Source: Emiliania huxleyi CCMP1516
Lineage: Eukaryota
Assembly: GCF_000372725.1 (NCBI RefSeq)
Contig: NW_005202428.1
Location: 1,101,331 to 1,165,330 of the forward strand
Length of the DNA: 64,000 bases
Reading direction: 5' to 3'
Both the position numbers and the translations under genes were made by a program. Of this stretch, positions 10,969 through 23,068 are shown piece after piece (the stretch's first letter is position 1; each line of letters starts with the position of its first letter). The notes beneath the pieces were generated by a model, which searched no databases, was not told the origin of the DNA, and saw only the letters and a list, made by a program, of their open reading frames with translations.

Positions 10969-13025
10969 ATGCCGCGAAGCGCCGCCAAGTCGGCCTACTC
11001 AACGGTCGAGCTCGACAACCTCGCGGCGGCGGCCCTGCGTGGGGCTGCCGAGGAGGGCCTGACGCTGCTGAGGAGCACGTCGAGCACGAGCGGCTACCGA
11101 GGGGTGAGCCCTCCCCCTCTGTGTGCTCGCCGCGCGTGCCAACGAGAGACGAGGGTGGCGCGCGGGCGCGCACGGACGGCCGCACTCACTCGCCTCCGCC
11201 CTCCCTCGCCGCCTCTGCAGGTGCTGCAAGACTCGTCGACCACCGTCGGCCTCAAGAACCCGTTTCGTGCCCAGGTGCCTCTCCCTCCCTCGGCCCGCCG
11301 GCCCGCTGCCGCCCTTCGCCCGGCCCGCGGCTCGCCCTCTCCGCCGCTGCCGTCCCCCGCCTCCGCCTCCGCCAGCCAGCTACCCCCCAACTCTGGCCGG
11401 CCCGCCGCCACCTCGCCGCCACCTCGGTCCTCGCCACCGCCACCCTCATAGCCACAGCCACCCTCATATCTGGAGGCGCCGCCGCCGGGCTCGCAGGGCC
11501 GTAGGAGGCCGTGGCCTCACCGGCCGCCGCCCTCCCCGCGCCGCCGCAGGTGCGCCGCAACGGCCGCCGCGTCACGCTCGGCCGCTTTGCCACCGCCGAG
11601 GAGGCGGCGCTCTGCTATGCGCGCTCGCCAGAGGGGAGCAACTTTGCGATGCTCGCGGCCTTCAAGGACTGGTCGAGCGGAGGGGAGGAGGGCGGCAAGG
11701 AGGGCGGCAAGGAGGGCGGCAGGCGGAGGAGCAAGGGCGCCGCCAAGGCGGGAGGCAAGGCGGGAGGCAAGGGATCGCCGCCGTCGGCCGCCGAGCCGTC
11801 CGTGTCGCCGCCCTCCTCGCCGCTGCCGCCGCCGCCGCTGGCCGAGGCGCTCGCAGATGAGGACTGCGAGGCGGACTTCGGGGCGGCGGTGGCCGGGGCG
11901 GCGGTGGCCGACGAGGGAGCGTGGGAGGAGGGCGCCTTCCGCCAGGCGCTGGCGCCGCTGGACATGCCGCTGCAGGCGTTGGCGGCCGGGGAGGAGAGCT
12001 GCGGCTGGCCTTGGCACGACTCCCTCTCCGGCCTGGTCAACGACCTGCACGGCGACCTGGTGCACGGGGTGCAGCCCCCACCCTCCCGCGCCTCGCTCGC
12101 TGCCCCACGCCCTCTCCCCCCTTCCCCTCCTCTCCTCTCCGCCGCCTCCGCCACCGCCCCGCACGCAGTCGTCCCAGACGCGACGAGCCCCCCTCCACAC
12201 ACACCTCCCAGCTCCAGCCTGGTGGTCGATCGGCCCTGCACCGCCCCTCTGCCCCGGACGCTCCCGCAGCCTCTGTCCTCAGCCGCCGCACTTGTCCGCC
12301 CACAGGCGAACGGCGGCGGCGCGGCAGCAATCGACCTGGCAGACCTGGCGCTCCCGTGCGAGAAGCCCGGCCCGCAGGGGCATTCGGCGGGCCTCTCGCA
12401 GACCATCGCCCCCTGCGTCGACCTGGCGAGGGCGCCTACGCCCGTTGACCTGGCCGATTTGGCGCTCCCGTGCGAGAAGCCCGGCTTGCTGCAGGGGCCG
12501 TCGGCGGGCCTCTCGCAGGGCGACGGCGCGGGTGCCAGCACGCTCTTCGTCGAGCCGCCGGGCGAGCGCGGCGATGGCGGGGAGGCGGCGGCGGAGGGGC
12601 ATGGCAGCGGCCCGGAGGAGGCGTGGGAGCCCCTCCTCTCGTCGCCTCTCTCGTCGCCTCAACTCTCCGAGGGCTCGGCCGCGGCGGATGAGGAGGAGAT
12701 GGAGGAGGCGGAGGCGGAGGCGGAGGCGGCGGGGGCGGGGGCGGCGGAGGCGGCGGAGGCGGCGGGGGCGGCGGGGGCGGGGGCGGCAGTGCGCCGCAGC
12801 CGTTGGCTCGGCGGGCGGAAGCGGACGCGGGAGGAGCCCAGCAGCGGGTGCGCCGGCGAGGGGGTCGAGGCGCTCCACCGGCGGCGCGGCGGCGCCTACG
12901 CGCCTTGCTGCTTCCCCGGCTGCACGCTCCGCAACACCGCGCGGGGCCTTCCCCACAACGGCCTTTGCCGGTTTGCGCACGCGGCGGGGACGGCGCCGGC
13001 GCCAACCTCGCCGGCGGCGCCCTGA
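10969..13025 (+). CDS. AP2/ERF-domain DNA-binding protein, 3 exons
   Basis: GLTLLRSTSSTSGYRGV / PFRAQV / RRNGRRVTLGRFATAEEAALCYARS; C-terminal CCFPGC...HNGLC. Confidence 0.8.
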
Positions 13026-14497
13026 GGGGAGGGAGGTCTAGAGCCCAGGTTGGCGGCGGCGGAGAGGCCGCAGCTCGTGCCGCGGGGAGGAGGCAGAGCT
13101 GAGGGAGAGGTCGCGGTGCGGGCACCGCGCATATTCGGGTGGGCCGCGCGCTACACGCTCCGGCGCGCGTGGCCCCGTTGTACGTGATCGATGCATTCGA
13201 TTGAGCTGCATGTGTGCGTGCTGTGTCGTTGTCTCTATCTCGTGAATCGTCGTGGTCGCTGTCACTTGCCACAGAGCACAGACACTGTTGACGGGGAGCA
13301 CAGAGATACCCCCATCGCATGGGATTGGGAATTCGGCGATCGGGAGGGTGGTTGTAGTCGAGAGGTCGAGATTAATTAGCCTTAGCTTTGAGTTATTTAT
13401 TACATATTAGAGAGGGCGCTGGGGTGGTCTCCCTCTCGTCCGCTCAAAAAAAGTTAAATTTTGGGAAAAATAAAAACAGGGTAGGCTCCGCCCCACTCCC
13501 CACTGTGATTCGGACTGAGCGACGGCAGGACCCTTTGAAATCATGAATGGCGGCGTCCGGTGAGGCCCACACGGCCGGGGGTGGTAAGTGGGTGATAGGA
13601 GGGCCATAAACGACCATCACACCGGCCACCGGACCCCTCCACCCCCCCAAACACAGTCCAAACCGGCCCCGGTGGCCGGCGGGACGCACGCCGGCGCAGC
13701 ACCATCAAGCTGCTGTACGGCCCCGGCATCGCCTCCCCAGAATTAGCTTTCAGTCAAGATATTGTGCACATGGGTGGTCTCTACAATATACTCACTGACA
13801 CTGAACCTCCCAGAGCTCGTCCCGGTCCGTCACGGCCATCCTCGTCCTCCGCGGCGCCGGCTCCGGCCCCTCCGCCGCACTGTGATGAGCGTCGGCAGGA
13901 CCCTTTGAAATCATAAATGGCGGCGTCTGGAGAGGCCCCCACGGCCGGGGGCGGTAAGTGGGTGATAGGAGGGTGATAAACGACCATCACACCGGCCACC
14001 GGACCACTCCACCCCCCCCAACACAGTCCAAACCGGCCCCGGCGGCCGCCGTGCAGGAGGCCGCCGGGGCGCACCAAACGGCCCTTCACGGCCGCCATAC
14101 GGGCCACCACGGCCCGTCCCGGGGGCACGGGTGCCGCCGCGTACCCGCCCGAACGCCCCGGCCCGCCAGCTCCCCGCTCGGGGGGGTTTCACCTCCCCCA
14201 GCGGGCCCGAGCGTGCCGCCTTCTCGCCGCGCTGGGGCCGCAACGCCCGAAAAAGTGGCCCAAGGGCGACCTACGCGCCACTAAAATCACGAATAGAAGG
14301 GCCCCCCCCCAGCAGGAGATTGGCCGCCGGGGGGCCGGGGGCCGGCTCAAACCCCCGGCCGGGGCTGAAGGGCTATCCCCGCGGTAACCGCCCGTCCNNN
14401 NNNNNNNNNNNNNNNNNNNNNNNNNNNNNNNNNNNNNNNNNNNNNNNNNNNNNNNNNNNNNNNNNNNNNNNNNNNNNNNNNNNNNNNNNNNNNNNNN

Positions 14498-14766
14498 AGC
14501 GCGGCGAGCAGAGGTGGCAGGGTGACTCCGGTATGATGGCGGCGGGCGAGAGCAGCGGCGGGCGAAAGCAGCGGTGCCCGCGGGTGCGGTGCCGTCACTC
14601 CTCAGCGCGGCGGCTGCGGCAGTGACGCATGTGCTCGTGGCGGCAGTGGCGTGGCCCCCACACCTGGCCCGCCGAGCATGGACTTGATGGTCCCGGAGAC
14701 CATCGCCGCCTGCCGGTCGAGGATAATCTCGGTGCCGTCCGACGCGATAAGCTTGACCGGGTCCAT
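14498..14766 (-). pseudogene. ELOC: Partial second copy of Elongin C (exon 1 and intron, cut by gap); may be an allelic contig
   Basis: 14498-15350 is nearly identical to 18886-19730. Confidence 0.6.
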
Positions 14767-15020
14767 GGCCGCGGCTTGATCGTTGGGCTCGGGCGCCAGC
14801 GCCCGTTTCAGAAGAATTTACACTCGAAGAAGAATTCTCGCAGCGCATCTCCGAGAAATGGGAAGAACTCCCAATCGCTCGTTTGGGTTTGTTTGTTTTC
14901 TTTCTTTCTTTCGACAAGGGAAGAAGCTTCTGAGCATTACAGGTGACATGCCTTCCTCCATTTTTTATTTTCTTTGTATATGTTCCTCTCTTCACACACA
15001 TCCTCTTACCACTTACGCAC

Positions 15021-15567
15021 TAGAAAAAGAAAACATCGGGCGGGATGGGAGGACGGCACGCCGCCAAACAACTCTCTCTCCGCCACCCACCTCTCTCGCT
15101 CGCCGCCACCACACAGGGACCACAAATGACGTGTGAGTGTTAGAGTTGTTTGGAGCGCAGAGACCTGAAACGGTCCGTCGACAAATTCGAAACGTCCGCA
15201 GCACCCGCCGAATTCGAAACGTCCGCAGCTCCCGCCGATCTCCCGCTAACGGATCTTACGCCGCCTGTAACCTCTCTTTAAGGTATTGCTAAAAATCTCT
15301 CTCACAGGGATCTTAAGGAGAGGGGTGTGATGCGCTAGCCGTCGCCCACCCTTGGGCGTCCGCCTCTTCCTATCTCTCTTCGCAGCCTCTCGCCGATTCT
15401 CGCTGCGACCTGCAGGCCACCTCGCGGTCGTCCCACTCTCGTCATTCTCTCCCTTGTCGCTTCTTCCTCTGTCGCGTCGCTCTCCTCTGCTTCGTTCTGC
15501 GACGCCGCCGCCGCCTGCCGGTCCCTTGTTCTCGCGGTTGTTGCGGAGGACTTCGTCGCAGCTCCGC
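15021..15567 (-). mobile_element. Retroposon family A copy carrying nested small insertions
   Basis: Reverse complement of the family A core, interrupted at CGCCGCCA and CACAGGGA duplications. Confidence 0.7.
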
Positions 15568-16902
15568 NNNNNNNNNNNNNNNNNNNNNNNNNNNNNNNNN
15601 NNNNNNNNNNNNNNNNNNNNNNNNNNNNNNNNNNNNNNNNNNNNNNNNNNNNNNNNNNNNNNNNNNNGGAGGGAAGGGAAGGAGGGGGGGGCGGCTCGCC
15701 TGCCGCCCTCGAGCCGCGACAGCCGGTGCCGTGGCCGGCCCGCCTTCGAACGCGAAGGGGGGACGGCCTCATGCCGCCTCACCGCGCGACGCGGCGGCCG
15801 GCCGCCACCTCAAAGGAGGCCTCTCGCGCTCGAAATACGTGCGAGGCACCTGCCGAAGGGGGCGGGGTGGTCGGGCGGTCTAGGGGAAGGCGTCTCCGGT
15901 GGGTGGGCGCCGCTCCTACAGCGCGCGGGGCGGGGAGGCCGACTGCGGCGGTGATACGGTCGCGCGCGCGGGGCGTGGAGGGCCAGGGAGGTGGAATCCG
16001 GGGCGGCGGAAACCTCCGATTTTTTGCAGTTCTAATTAGCCCGAGGCTGGCCGGAGAGGATTGACGTATCCGATTTTTGTTTTTCCGCTGCTCCAGCCGG
16101 CCAGCCGTGCCTACGGCGAGAAAAGGAGCGTCAGACCCGGTCCGATCTCGCGCTCCAGCGGGAACGCCGAGCGCCTCGGACGCCAAGCGGAAACGGCGTT
16201 CCGAGGCGGGGCGCGGTGGCGATCGCCGGTCGGCGCCTTCGCGGCCGGCCGGCCCGGTGGGTTGCCACGGCACATGCGCCGCGCGCCGTCGCCAGGCCCC
16301 GCCGCCGCCCCGCCAGAGCAGCGGCGAGATGGGAGGCGGTCGGCGGGTGACATCGGCTCTTCGAGCGAGCTTTCAGCTCACTTTGACGACGCTAGGAAAA
16401 TCAATTCGTGGAATCCAGTCCGAGATGCAGTGAGGCGGAGCCTACCCTGAAACAAAAAACATGATAAACAAGAAAACACCCCGCCCCCCCCCCAAGCCCG
16501 GCCGGCGGAAGCCGCAAGCGCGCGCTCACAAGTTCCTCAAGCTCAACCGCGCCGTGCGCCGAAGACCGAAAAGTGAAGTCGGGCCAAGGCGCCGAGCGGA
16601 ACGCGGCCCAGGAGCAGGAGCAAGCCCCGCACCCAAGGGACAGGTGCGAGGTGGACCCCCACCCCCCTCTTCCAAGGTGGACTGGTGGACAAGAACAGGC
16701 TGAGCGCATTGGGCGCTGGCCCCCTTCTGGCACCAGCGGGAGCCACGAACGAGCGCGCACCGCCGTGCTCTCCCTCCCCCACCTCGCCGCCTGCCAAATC
16801 CCCGCGGCCGTCCGTCTGCGCCTGCTTCCGAGTATGTTAATGACTACGAGCCCGAGTTTTCCGACGCTAAGGCGCGGGATATGGTGGCAGGGGTTCTACA
16901 AG

Positions 16903-17062
16903 ACGCAGTTCAGGAGGCTGTGATGCAATGCGGCTACGGCGACGAGCTCATCCAGGCGTGGAACGGCGGCAAGATACGGCAAACACTTGCCGGAGGAGGT
17001 GCGAGGTGGTGGCTATGACTTTGAAGCTTTGCGAGAGGTGTCGAGCCACGAGCGGAGCAGGT
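16903..17062 (+). mobile_element. Retroposon family C, diverged fragment
   Basis: Similar to about 52710-52865 (GCAGTTCAG.AGGCTGTGATGCAAT.CGGCTA...). Confidence 0.6.
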
Positions 17063-17650
17063 GGGGTTCCGTGGTGAGCCGATTCCCAGATTCTCCAGAT
17101 TCCCCCTCGAAAACCGCCCTTTTAATTCACTGCGGCCGCGGGGTTTGCTCGAATTACTTTTCCCTCTGACTAGTTTTTTCGATGTTCCGGTGCCTACAAA
17201 AAATATCCGAGATGATATGGAGCTGAGACCACAGCGTGACAGCCACAGGGGGTTTGCACGTTCCTGCGATCACCTGTCCTACCAGCGGGCACAGTGGGCC
17301 GCGGACACCCGTGAATGGCCTTTTAAGCCCGCGGCTCTCGGTGCAGCCAGGTCGCGTCGTTCCGCTCCCGGTCGGGCGGTCGGTCGGCCGTCCCTGGCGC
17401 GTAGGGACGAAAGTTCGAAACGAGCCGCGCCCCAACGCGGGCTTGTCAACACGCGGCAACGCCAACGCCGAACGCGTGTGTGTACAGCCCCTTGGAGTGT
17501 GAAGGCTTCGTAGCCCTCCGGTCTACTCCGCAGGTAGGACTGGAGCGAAATAAGCAAGCGAGTGGCGTCGCGTGTGTACGGCTTTATACACACGAATGCC
17601 GGCTTGCGGTGTGAGATCTGTGATCCGCTCGGAGCGGCCGCGCACTGCCC

Positions 17651-17820
17651 GCTACCCCCCCTGCACATCTAAAGCCATCCCTGCTGCTGGGGGGGGGTCT
17701 GACCCCCCCAGCAGCAGAGCGCTGCTGCTGGGGGGGGGGGTCCCGACCCCCCCAGCAGCAAAACGCTGCTGCTGGGGGGGGGGGGGGGGGGCATGGCTTT
17801 AGATGTGCAGGGGGGGTAGC
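17651..17820. mobile_element. MITE-like foldback element
   Basis: 28-bp perfect TIR GCTACCCCCCCTGCACATCTAAAGCCAT; internal CTGCTGCTG(G)n / (C)nAGCAGCAG hairpins; related core at 26762-26822. Confidence 0.75.
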
Positions 17821-17844
17821 TCGAGCAGTGTGCCTGTGTGCGGC

Positions 17845-18330
17845 TTAGGGTACTCCTAGGCTTAAAAGGGTGGGCCCTGGGGCGCCTGCGGCTTAAACGG
17901 CTTAAAACCTGCCATGGCAGGTTTTAAGAGCTGCTGGGCCGCCGATTCCTTAAACGGTCTTAAACGCTTAAACGGTGCGGGAGAGCTCCCGAGGTCGATG
18001 GTCCGGGAGGCTCCCCGGTAGACGCCGGAGGCCGGGAAGCTGGCTACAGTCAGCTGGCACGCGTCCCCTATGCGAGTATGGCTCCCGCCAGTGCACCAGA
18101 CTTACAGATGTGTCTTCAGTGGCGGGTTCGTGCCTAATAACGGCAGTATTGGAGAAACCGGCGCGGGAACCCAGCGACGCGTGCCGGTGAGGCCGATTTT
18201 CTTAAACGGACTTAAAAAAGGGACCCCCCGTGCCTGCAATCTCTTAAATGACAATTTGAGCCCCCAAACCTCCTCATTTCTTAAAAGGTCTTAAAACAAT
18301 CCGGCCCTCAGGACCCTAGGGGTCCCCTAA
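17845..18330. mobile_element. CTTAA-rich TIR element
   Basis: Imperfect TIR TTAGGGTACTCCTAGG / CCTAGGGGTCCCCTAA; GTGTGCGGC on both flanks; inverted homolog at about 44198-44490. Confidence 0.65.
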
Positions 18331-18543
18331 CCGGGGTGTGCGGCCGCTCTCCTCGCGTGCGAGAGGCGCGTCGCCATGCCGCACAAGGCATGCCTTCCGA
18401 TGTTAATTACACCACGTTTACGTAAACTACAGACTCGTTCGCAGTGTTCGGTCACGATAACCGCGAACCCTCTGGCATTTCGACACATCGGGAGCAGGGT
18501 CCACGCCCGGCGGGGTGGGCGCGCAGTGGTTTCGAGGTCATGT

Positions 18544-19155
18544 TCATGTATCGAGGTAGTTTGCAGCCATCAGCAGCTCCAGTGCCGACTCGGGCTCGAT
18601 TTTGAACTCGGGGAGGGTGTGGTTGGCTGCAGAGACGAGGGCGCCGTGGCGGGCTGAGCGGTCGGGGAGGGGGCGGGAGAGGCAGGCAGCGTGGCGGGTC
18701 TCCGGAGGCAGTGCGAGAGGGAAGTTGGGTGGAGAGGCGCACAGGACGGGTTGGTGTGGCGGAGCTTGTAGTAAAAGTACTGGACCGTCTGCTCGAGCGT
18801 CTTACCCGAGATCTCCGGGAAGTTGATCTCCCCCTTCTCCTGCTCCACATACCCACCTTGCCGGAGCGGAGCCGCGGCGAGGTGAGAGCGCGGCGAGCAG
18901 AGGTGGCAGGGTGACTCCGGTATGATGGCGGCGGGCGAGAGCAGCGGCGGGCGAAAGCAGCGGTGCCCGCGGGTGCGGTGCCGTCACTCCTCAGCGCGGC
19001 GGCTGCGGCAGTGACGCATGTGCTCGTGGCGGCAGTGGCGTGGCCCCCACACCTGGCCCGCCGAGCATGGACTTGATGGTCCCGGAGACCATCGCCGCCT
19101 GCCGGTCGAGGATAATCTCGGTGCCGTCCGACGCGATAAGCTTGACCGGGTCCAT
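18544..19155 (-). CDS. ELOC: Elongin C (SKP1-like adaptor), 3 exons
   Basis: [35 protein letters not shown] / [28 protein letters not shown] / [23 protein letters not shown]. Confidence 0.93.
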
Positions 19156-19400
19156 GGCCGCGGCTTGATCGTTGGGCCAGCGCCCGTTTCAGAAGAATTT
19201 ACACTCGAAGAAGAATTCTCGCAGCGCATCTCCGAGAAATGGGAAGAACTCCCAATCGCTCGTTTGGGTTTGTTTGTTTTCTTTCTTTCTTTCGACAAGG
19301 GAAGAAGCTTCTGAGCATTACAGGTGACATGCCTTCCTCCATTTTTTATTTTCTTTGTATATGTTCCTCTCTTCACACACATCCTCTTACCACTTACGCA

Positions 19401-19730
19401 CTAGAAAAAGAAAACATCGGGCGGGATGGGAGGACGGCACGCCGCCAAACAACTCTCTCTCCGCCACCCACCTCTCTCGCTCGCCGCCACCACACAGGGA
19501 CCACAAATGACGTGTGAGTGTTAGAGTTGTTTGGAGCGCAGAGACCTGAAACGGTCCGTCGACAAATTCGAAACGTCCGCAGCACCCGCCGAATTCGAAA
19601 CGTCCGCAGCTCCCGCCGATCTCCCGCTAACGGATCTTACGCCGCCTGTAACCTCTCTTTAAGGTATTGCTAAAAATCTCTCTCACAGGGATCTTAAGGA
19701 GAGGAAGGAGTGTGGTGCTAGCCGTCGCCC
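19401..19730 (-). mobile_element. Retroposon family A copy with nested insertions (duplicate of 15021-15350)
   Basis: Same nested structure as 15021-15350. Confidence 0.7.
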
Positions 19731-20038
19731 ACCCACAAACGATGTGTGAGTGTACAGAGTTTATTTGGTATTGAAATCTCCCAGTCGACGGGATGTTGCT
19801 ACAGAGTTTGGGATCCATCCATCCATCCAAAGAAAGCATGTTACTGAGCGACCGCACGCACTCCAAGTAAGTGCTCCAATTGCTGAGCGACAGGCGTACG
19901 AGGATTTCAGGATGCCTGGCCATGGTGGCCATGCTTGGACGAGAACCCCGCGGCGGCAGTTGCTGAACGCTGCTTCCGCCTAGCGACCGTGGGTCAGGCA
20001 ATCAAGTTCTGCTGTTTGCGCGCGTCCCCCAGTCGGTC

Positions 20039-20308
20039 AGCCGGATGAGGTACTGGTTTCTTTGCCCAGGCCTGGCCTACGACCCATGCTGGATCAGCTG
20101 AGCAAGGTTTGGGGAGAATCCTATAGCAGGATCTTCAGATATTTTGACGAACGACCGAATACGACCCGTTTATGACCATTTTCGGTCGTTCATCAAAATA
20201 TCTGAAGATGCAAGATCCTACTATAGGATTCTCCCCAAACCTTGCTCAGCTGATCCAGCATGGGTCGTAGGCTAGGCCTGGGCAAAGAAACCAGTACCTC
20301 ATCCGGCT
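20039..20308. repeat. Long inverted repeat, ~120 bp arms and ~21 bp loop
   Basis: AGCCGGATGAGGTACTGG...ACGACCGAA vs TTCGGTCGT...CCAGTACCTCATCCGGCT, with 3 mismatches and one 7-nt insertion. Confidence 0.95.
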
Positions 20309-21345
20309 TCCCTGAGCGTCACAGCTCGGTGATCGCGCCGGCCAGACACCACTGAGACGTCCGTCCGGGCCAGGTCCGGGCATTTGAACGCGACCTTCGG
20401 GGGCAAAGACATGGGCTCTATGGCTCAGACTGGACTCCTCTTGGTCCCTTCTGATGCCCTAGGCCACACCTGGGCCTTACCTGGGGTTCTAAGGGCCGGC
20501 CAGGGTTTGCCTCCCTAACGGGGCCCGGAGGACCTTAAGGTAAGCGCGTATTGTGGTAATAGCAATAAAGCCGTAAGGGGGAGGTATCGTAATAAAAGGC
20601 CGTCTGTGCGGAAGGGTGGGTGTGGGGGGAACGCATATCTGAACCAGAGCCTCTCAGGCTCAGTCCCCTTCAGGCTCAACCAGCCAGCACACAGGAAATT
20701 AGTCAGGTATCGATCTTCTCCTGATACCGTAGCTCAAGCTGGTACAGATCGCTGGATCTGCTGGCGCAACAACACGAGCGAGAGGCCGCGACGCACGCAC
20801 AAAGAGACGCGCCGCCGACAACTCACACCTCGAGACACCACGCAATGCCTGCACCCAAGCGCCGCAGCACGCCGTCACTTGAGCTTGGAGAAGAGCGACT
20901 TTGCCGCGCACGCGTCCACACAGTGCACCCAATCGCCGTACTGCCCCTCGCACGATCCGCTCCCCTACTTGGTACAAGCCCAGTCAGTGGATGCGCAGCG
21001 ACGGCGGGCGACTGTGGGCGGGATGCGCGGACCTTGGCCTCGATCCGCGCCTGGCACGCCTCGTACTCTACCAGCATCGTGGCGCACGCGAGCGTCGCCT
21101 GCAGAGCACACAGGCGGCCAGCGTGGCGTGAGGTGGTGCGCTATGGAAGCGCACGCTGCGTCCGCGCCTTGCACTTCGCATCGATGGTCTGCTTCTGGTC
21201 TTGGACCTCATCCTCTTCCTCACTCATCGGGCGCCTCTTGCGCGCGCGTGCGTGCAGGAGCTGCCAGTCAAACAAAGAATTTCAAACCGCACTCCAAGTG
21301 CTCCAAACGATTTATAACACAAGCAAAGAATAACGCACTGCATCA

Positions 21346-21672
21346 GCGGAGCTGGGAAGAAGACCGCCGCAACAACCGCGAGAACAAGGGACCGGCATGC
21401 GGCCGCGGCGTCGCAGGACGAAGCAGAGGAGAGCGACGCGACAGAGGAAGAAGCGACAAGGGAGAGAACGACGAGAGTGGGACGACCGCGAGGTGGCATG
21501 AAGGTCGCAGCGAGAATCGGCGAGAGACTGCGAAGAGAGATAGGAAGAGGCGGACGCCCAAGGGTGGGCGACGGCTAGCGCATCACACCCCTCTCCTTAA
21601 AATCCCTGTGTGGTGGCGGCGTGCCGTCCTCCCATCCCTCCCTTGGGGTGTCCGGTTTCTTCCTTTCTTTTC
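21346..21672 (+). mobile_element. Retroposon family A, longer copy
   Basis: Matches 15300-15567 and 42506-42790 in reverse; T/C-rich tail. Confidence 0.8.
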
Positions 21673-22328
21673 TAAGAGGACCGCCGCAAGCGGCGTGGCG
21701 TGGGTCGGTTGTGCATCCCTCCGGGGGGCCCTCTGCGCCGGGGAGGCGTTGTTGGAGGCTAGGACGCAAGCGTCCGTCGCCCTTTTCAAACTCGGGCGCA
21801 GTGCGGGCCCACTCTCCGCTACGCTCCGACCCGAATTTGGAGGGCCTGAAAAGTTTAAGGTGTTGCTGCGCAAAAGGCTTTTCGAAAAGGGTGGGGAGCC
21901 GCGGCGGCGCCGCAGGCGCGGGCGCGCAGTGGAAGCACGCTTGCCATACATATTCACGCAGAGAAGCTGACGGTCGGGGTCGTGACGGCTCGAGGGTGCG
22001 CACACTAGCCCGCGGACGCCTCATCCGCACGCGCACCCTCCAACATCGCCGCCGAGCCCAACGCCCTGCCGTCAATCTCGACGAGCGCCGCACACCTGCG
22101 CGGACAGTGGGCAGACGTTGCCGCCTTGTGTCCTCGTGTGCCCGGAAAGCCTCGAGCCGGCGCGCACCGGTGGCAGCGCAGGATGAGGTGGCAGCAGTGG
22201 AGGGTTGGGGCGCATTTGAAGGCGCTGGCCCCGACGCGCCATTAACTGGGTCGGGGTGGTTCCTCACCCCTCTGGTTTCAGTCAAGCGGGAAGAGTCTGT
22301 GCAAGGGGGGCGGATGGGGCTGGCTGCG

Positions 22329-22826
22329 TCACCTTGGAGCATGAAAGGTTCCTACAGTAAGGCTACTCGAGTACGCAGCACCTTGGCTTGGCCCCCGAGC
22401 GGGGAGGCGGTCGACGACGCGCAGCATGGCGGTGAGCGCAGCCTGACGACGCGTCTTGATGGACGGATCCTTCTGCCGGCTGACCAATTCCGCCCACCTC
22501 TTGACCGGCGGCTTCGTCACCAACATGCGCTCGAGAGGCGGAGCAGCCTCGATGCGATCCAGTTCGGTAGCTATCTTGTCGCGCAGCGCATCGTCAAAAG
22601 GCAGGTTGTTACAGGCGTCGCGCGCGTCCCCGAGGTCACGCAGGAGGCTCTCCATATGTGTTGCAATAGCCCCCGGCTGTGGTTGCTGCAGTGCTCCCGT
22701 AAAACGAGCGATGTCTTGGCACCAGCTGATAGCTTGCGTCCGTCCACGGCCCAGATTCACATGGTTTCTGCACGGTATTCGGATTTTGTTATTTGTTCGT
22801 GTGGGGGTATATTGCAGATTTGTCAA
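22329..22826 (-). CDS. Hypothetical protein
   Basis: ATG-started 165-aa ORF with normal, helical-looking composition; no family recognised. Confidence 0.35.
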   Translation of the reverse strand: MTNLQYTPTRTNNKIRIPCRNHVNLGRGRTQAISWCQDIARFTGALQQPQPGAIATHMESLLRDLGDARDACNNLPFDDALRDKIATELDRIEAAPPLERMLVTKPPVKRWAELVSRQKDPSIKTRRQAALTAMLRVVDRLPARGPSQGAAYSSSLTVGTFHAPR

Positions 22827-23068
22827 TGGTACCGCGTCTGCGACGCGGGCGCCTTGCGGGCAGAGCCCTTAGCCACCCTTTATATCTTGCGCGGTCAAAA
22901 CTAGAAGCCGCTGCGCGGGCCCCGCCCCCAGCTCGGGGGGGGGGGGGGGGGGGGGGGAAGGTCACACACAGACGATACTCGTAACTCGAGAGCACAAACG
23001 TGAAACGATATCGAATCGCCGCACTTTTCCCGAGGGGTAGAGATGGTGTTGCGCGACACTCGTCCTGC

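Larger units (their letters stand above)
13477..16449. mobile_element. Candidate TIR DNA transposon (CAGGG ends, hAT- or MULE-like) spanning two gaps
   Basis: CAGGGTAGGCTCCGCC at 13477 is inverted at 16434-16449; flanks AAATAAAAA / AAACAAAAA; internal ~160 bp direct repeat 13517-13680 vs 13887-14045. Confidence 0.5.

Noticed and set aside
11587..13320. Arg/Pro-rich alternative-frame ORFs over the AP2 gene
   Set aside because: Shadow frames of a GC-rich coding region
21357..21690. 16-bp TSD (AAGA.GACCGCCGCAA) for the 21346 family A copy
   Set aside because: The left match overlaps sequence also present in another copy of the element, so it is ambiguous
20606..22904. 454-aa and 427-aa plus-strand ORFs
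   Set aside because: They run through repeat family A and have no recognisable protein features
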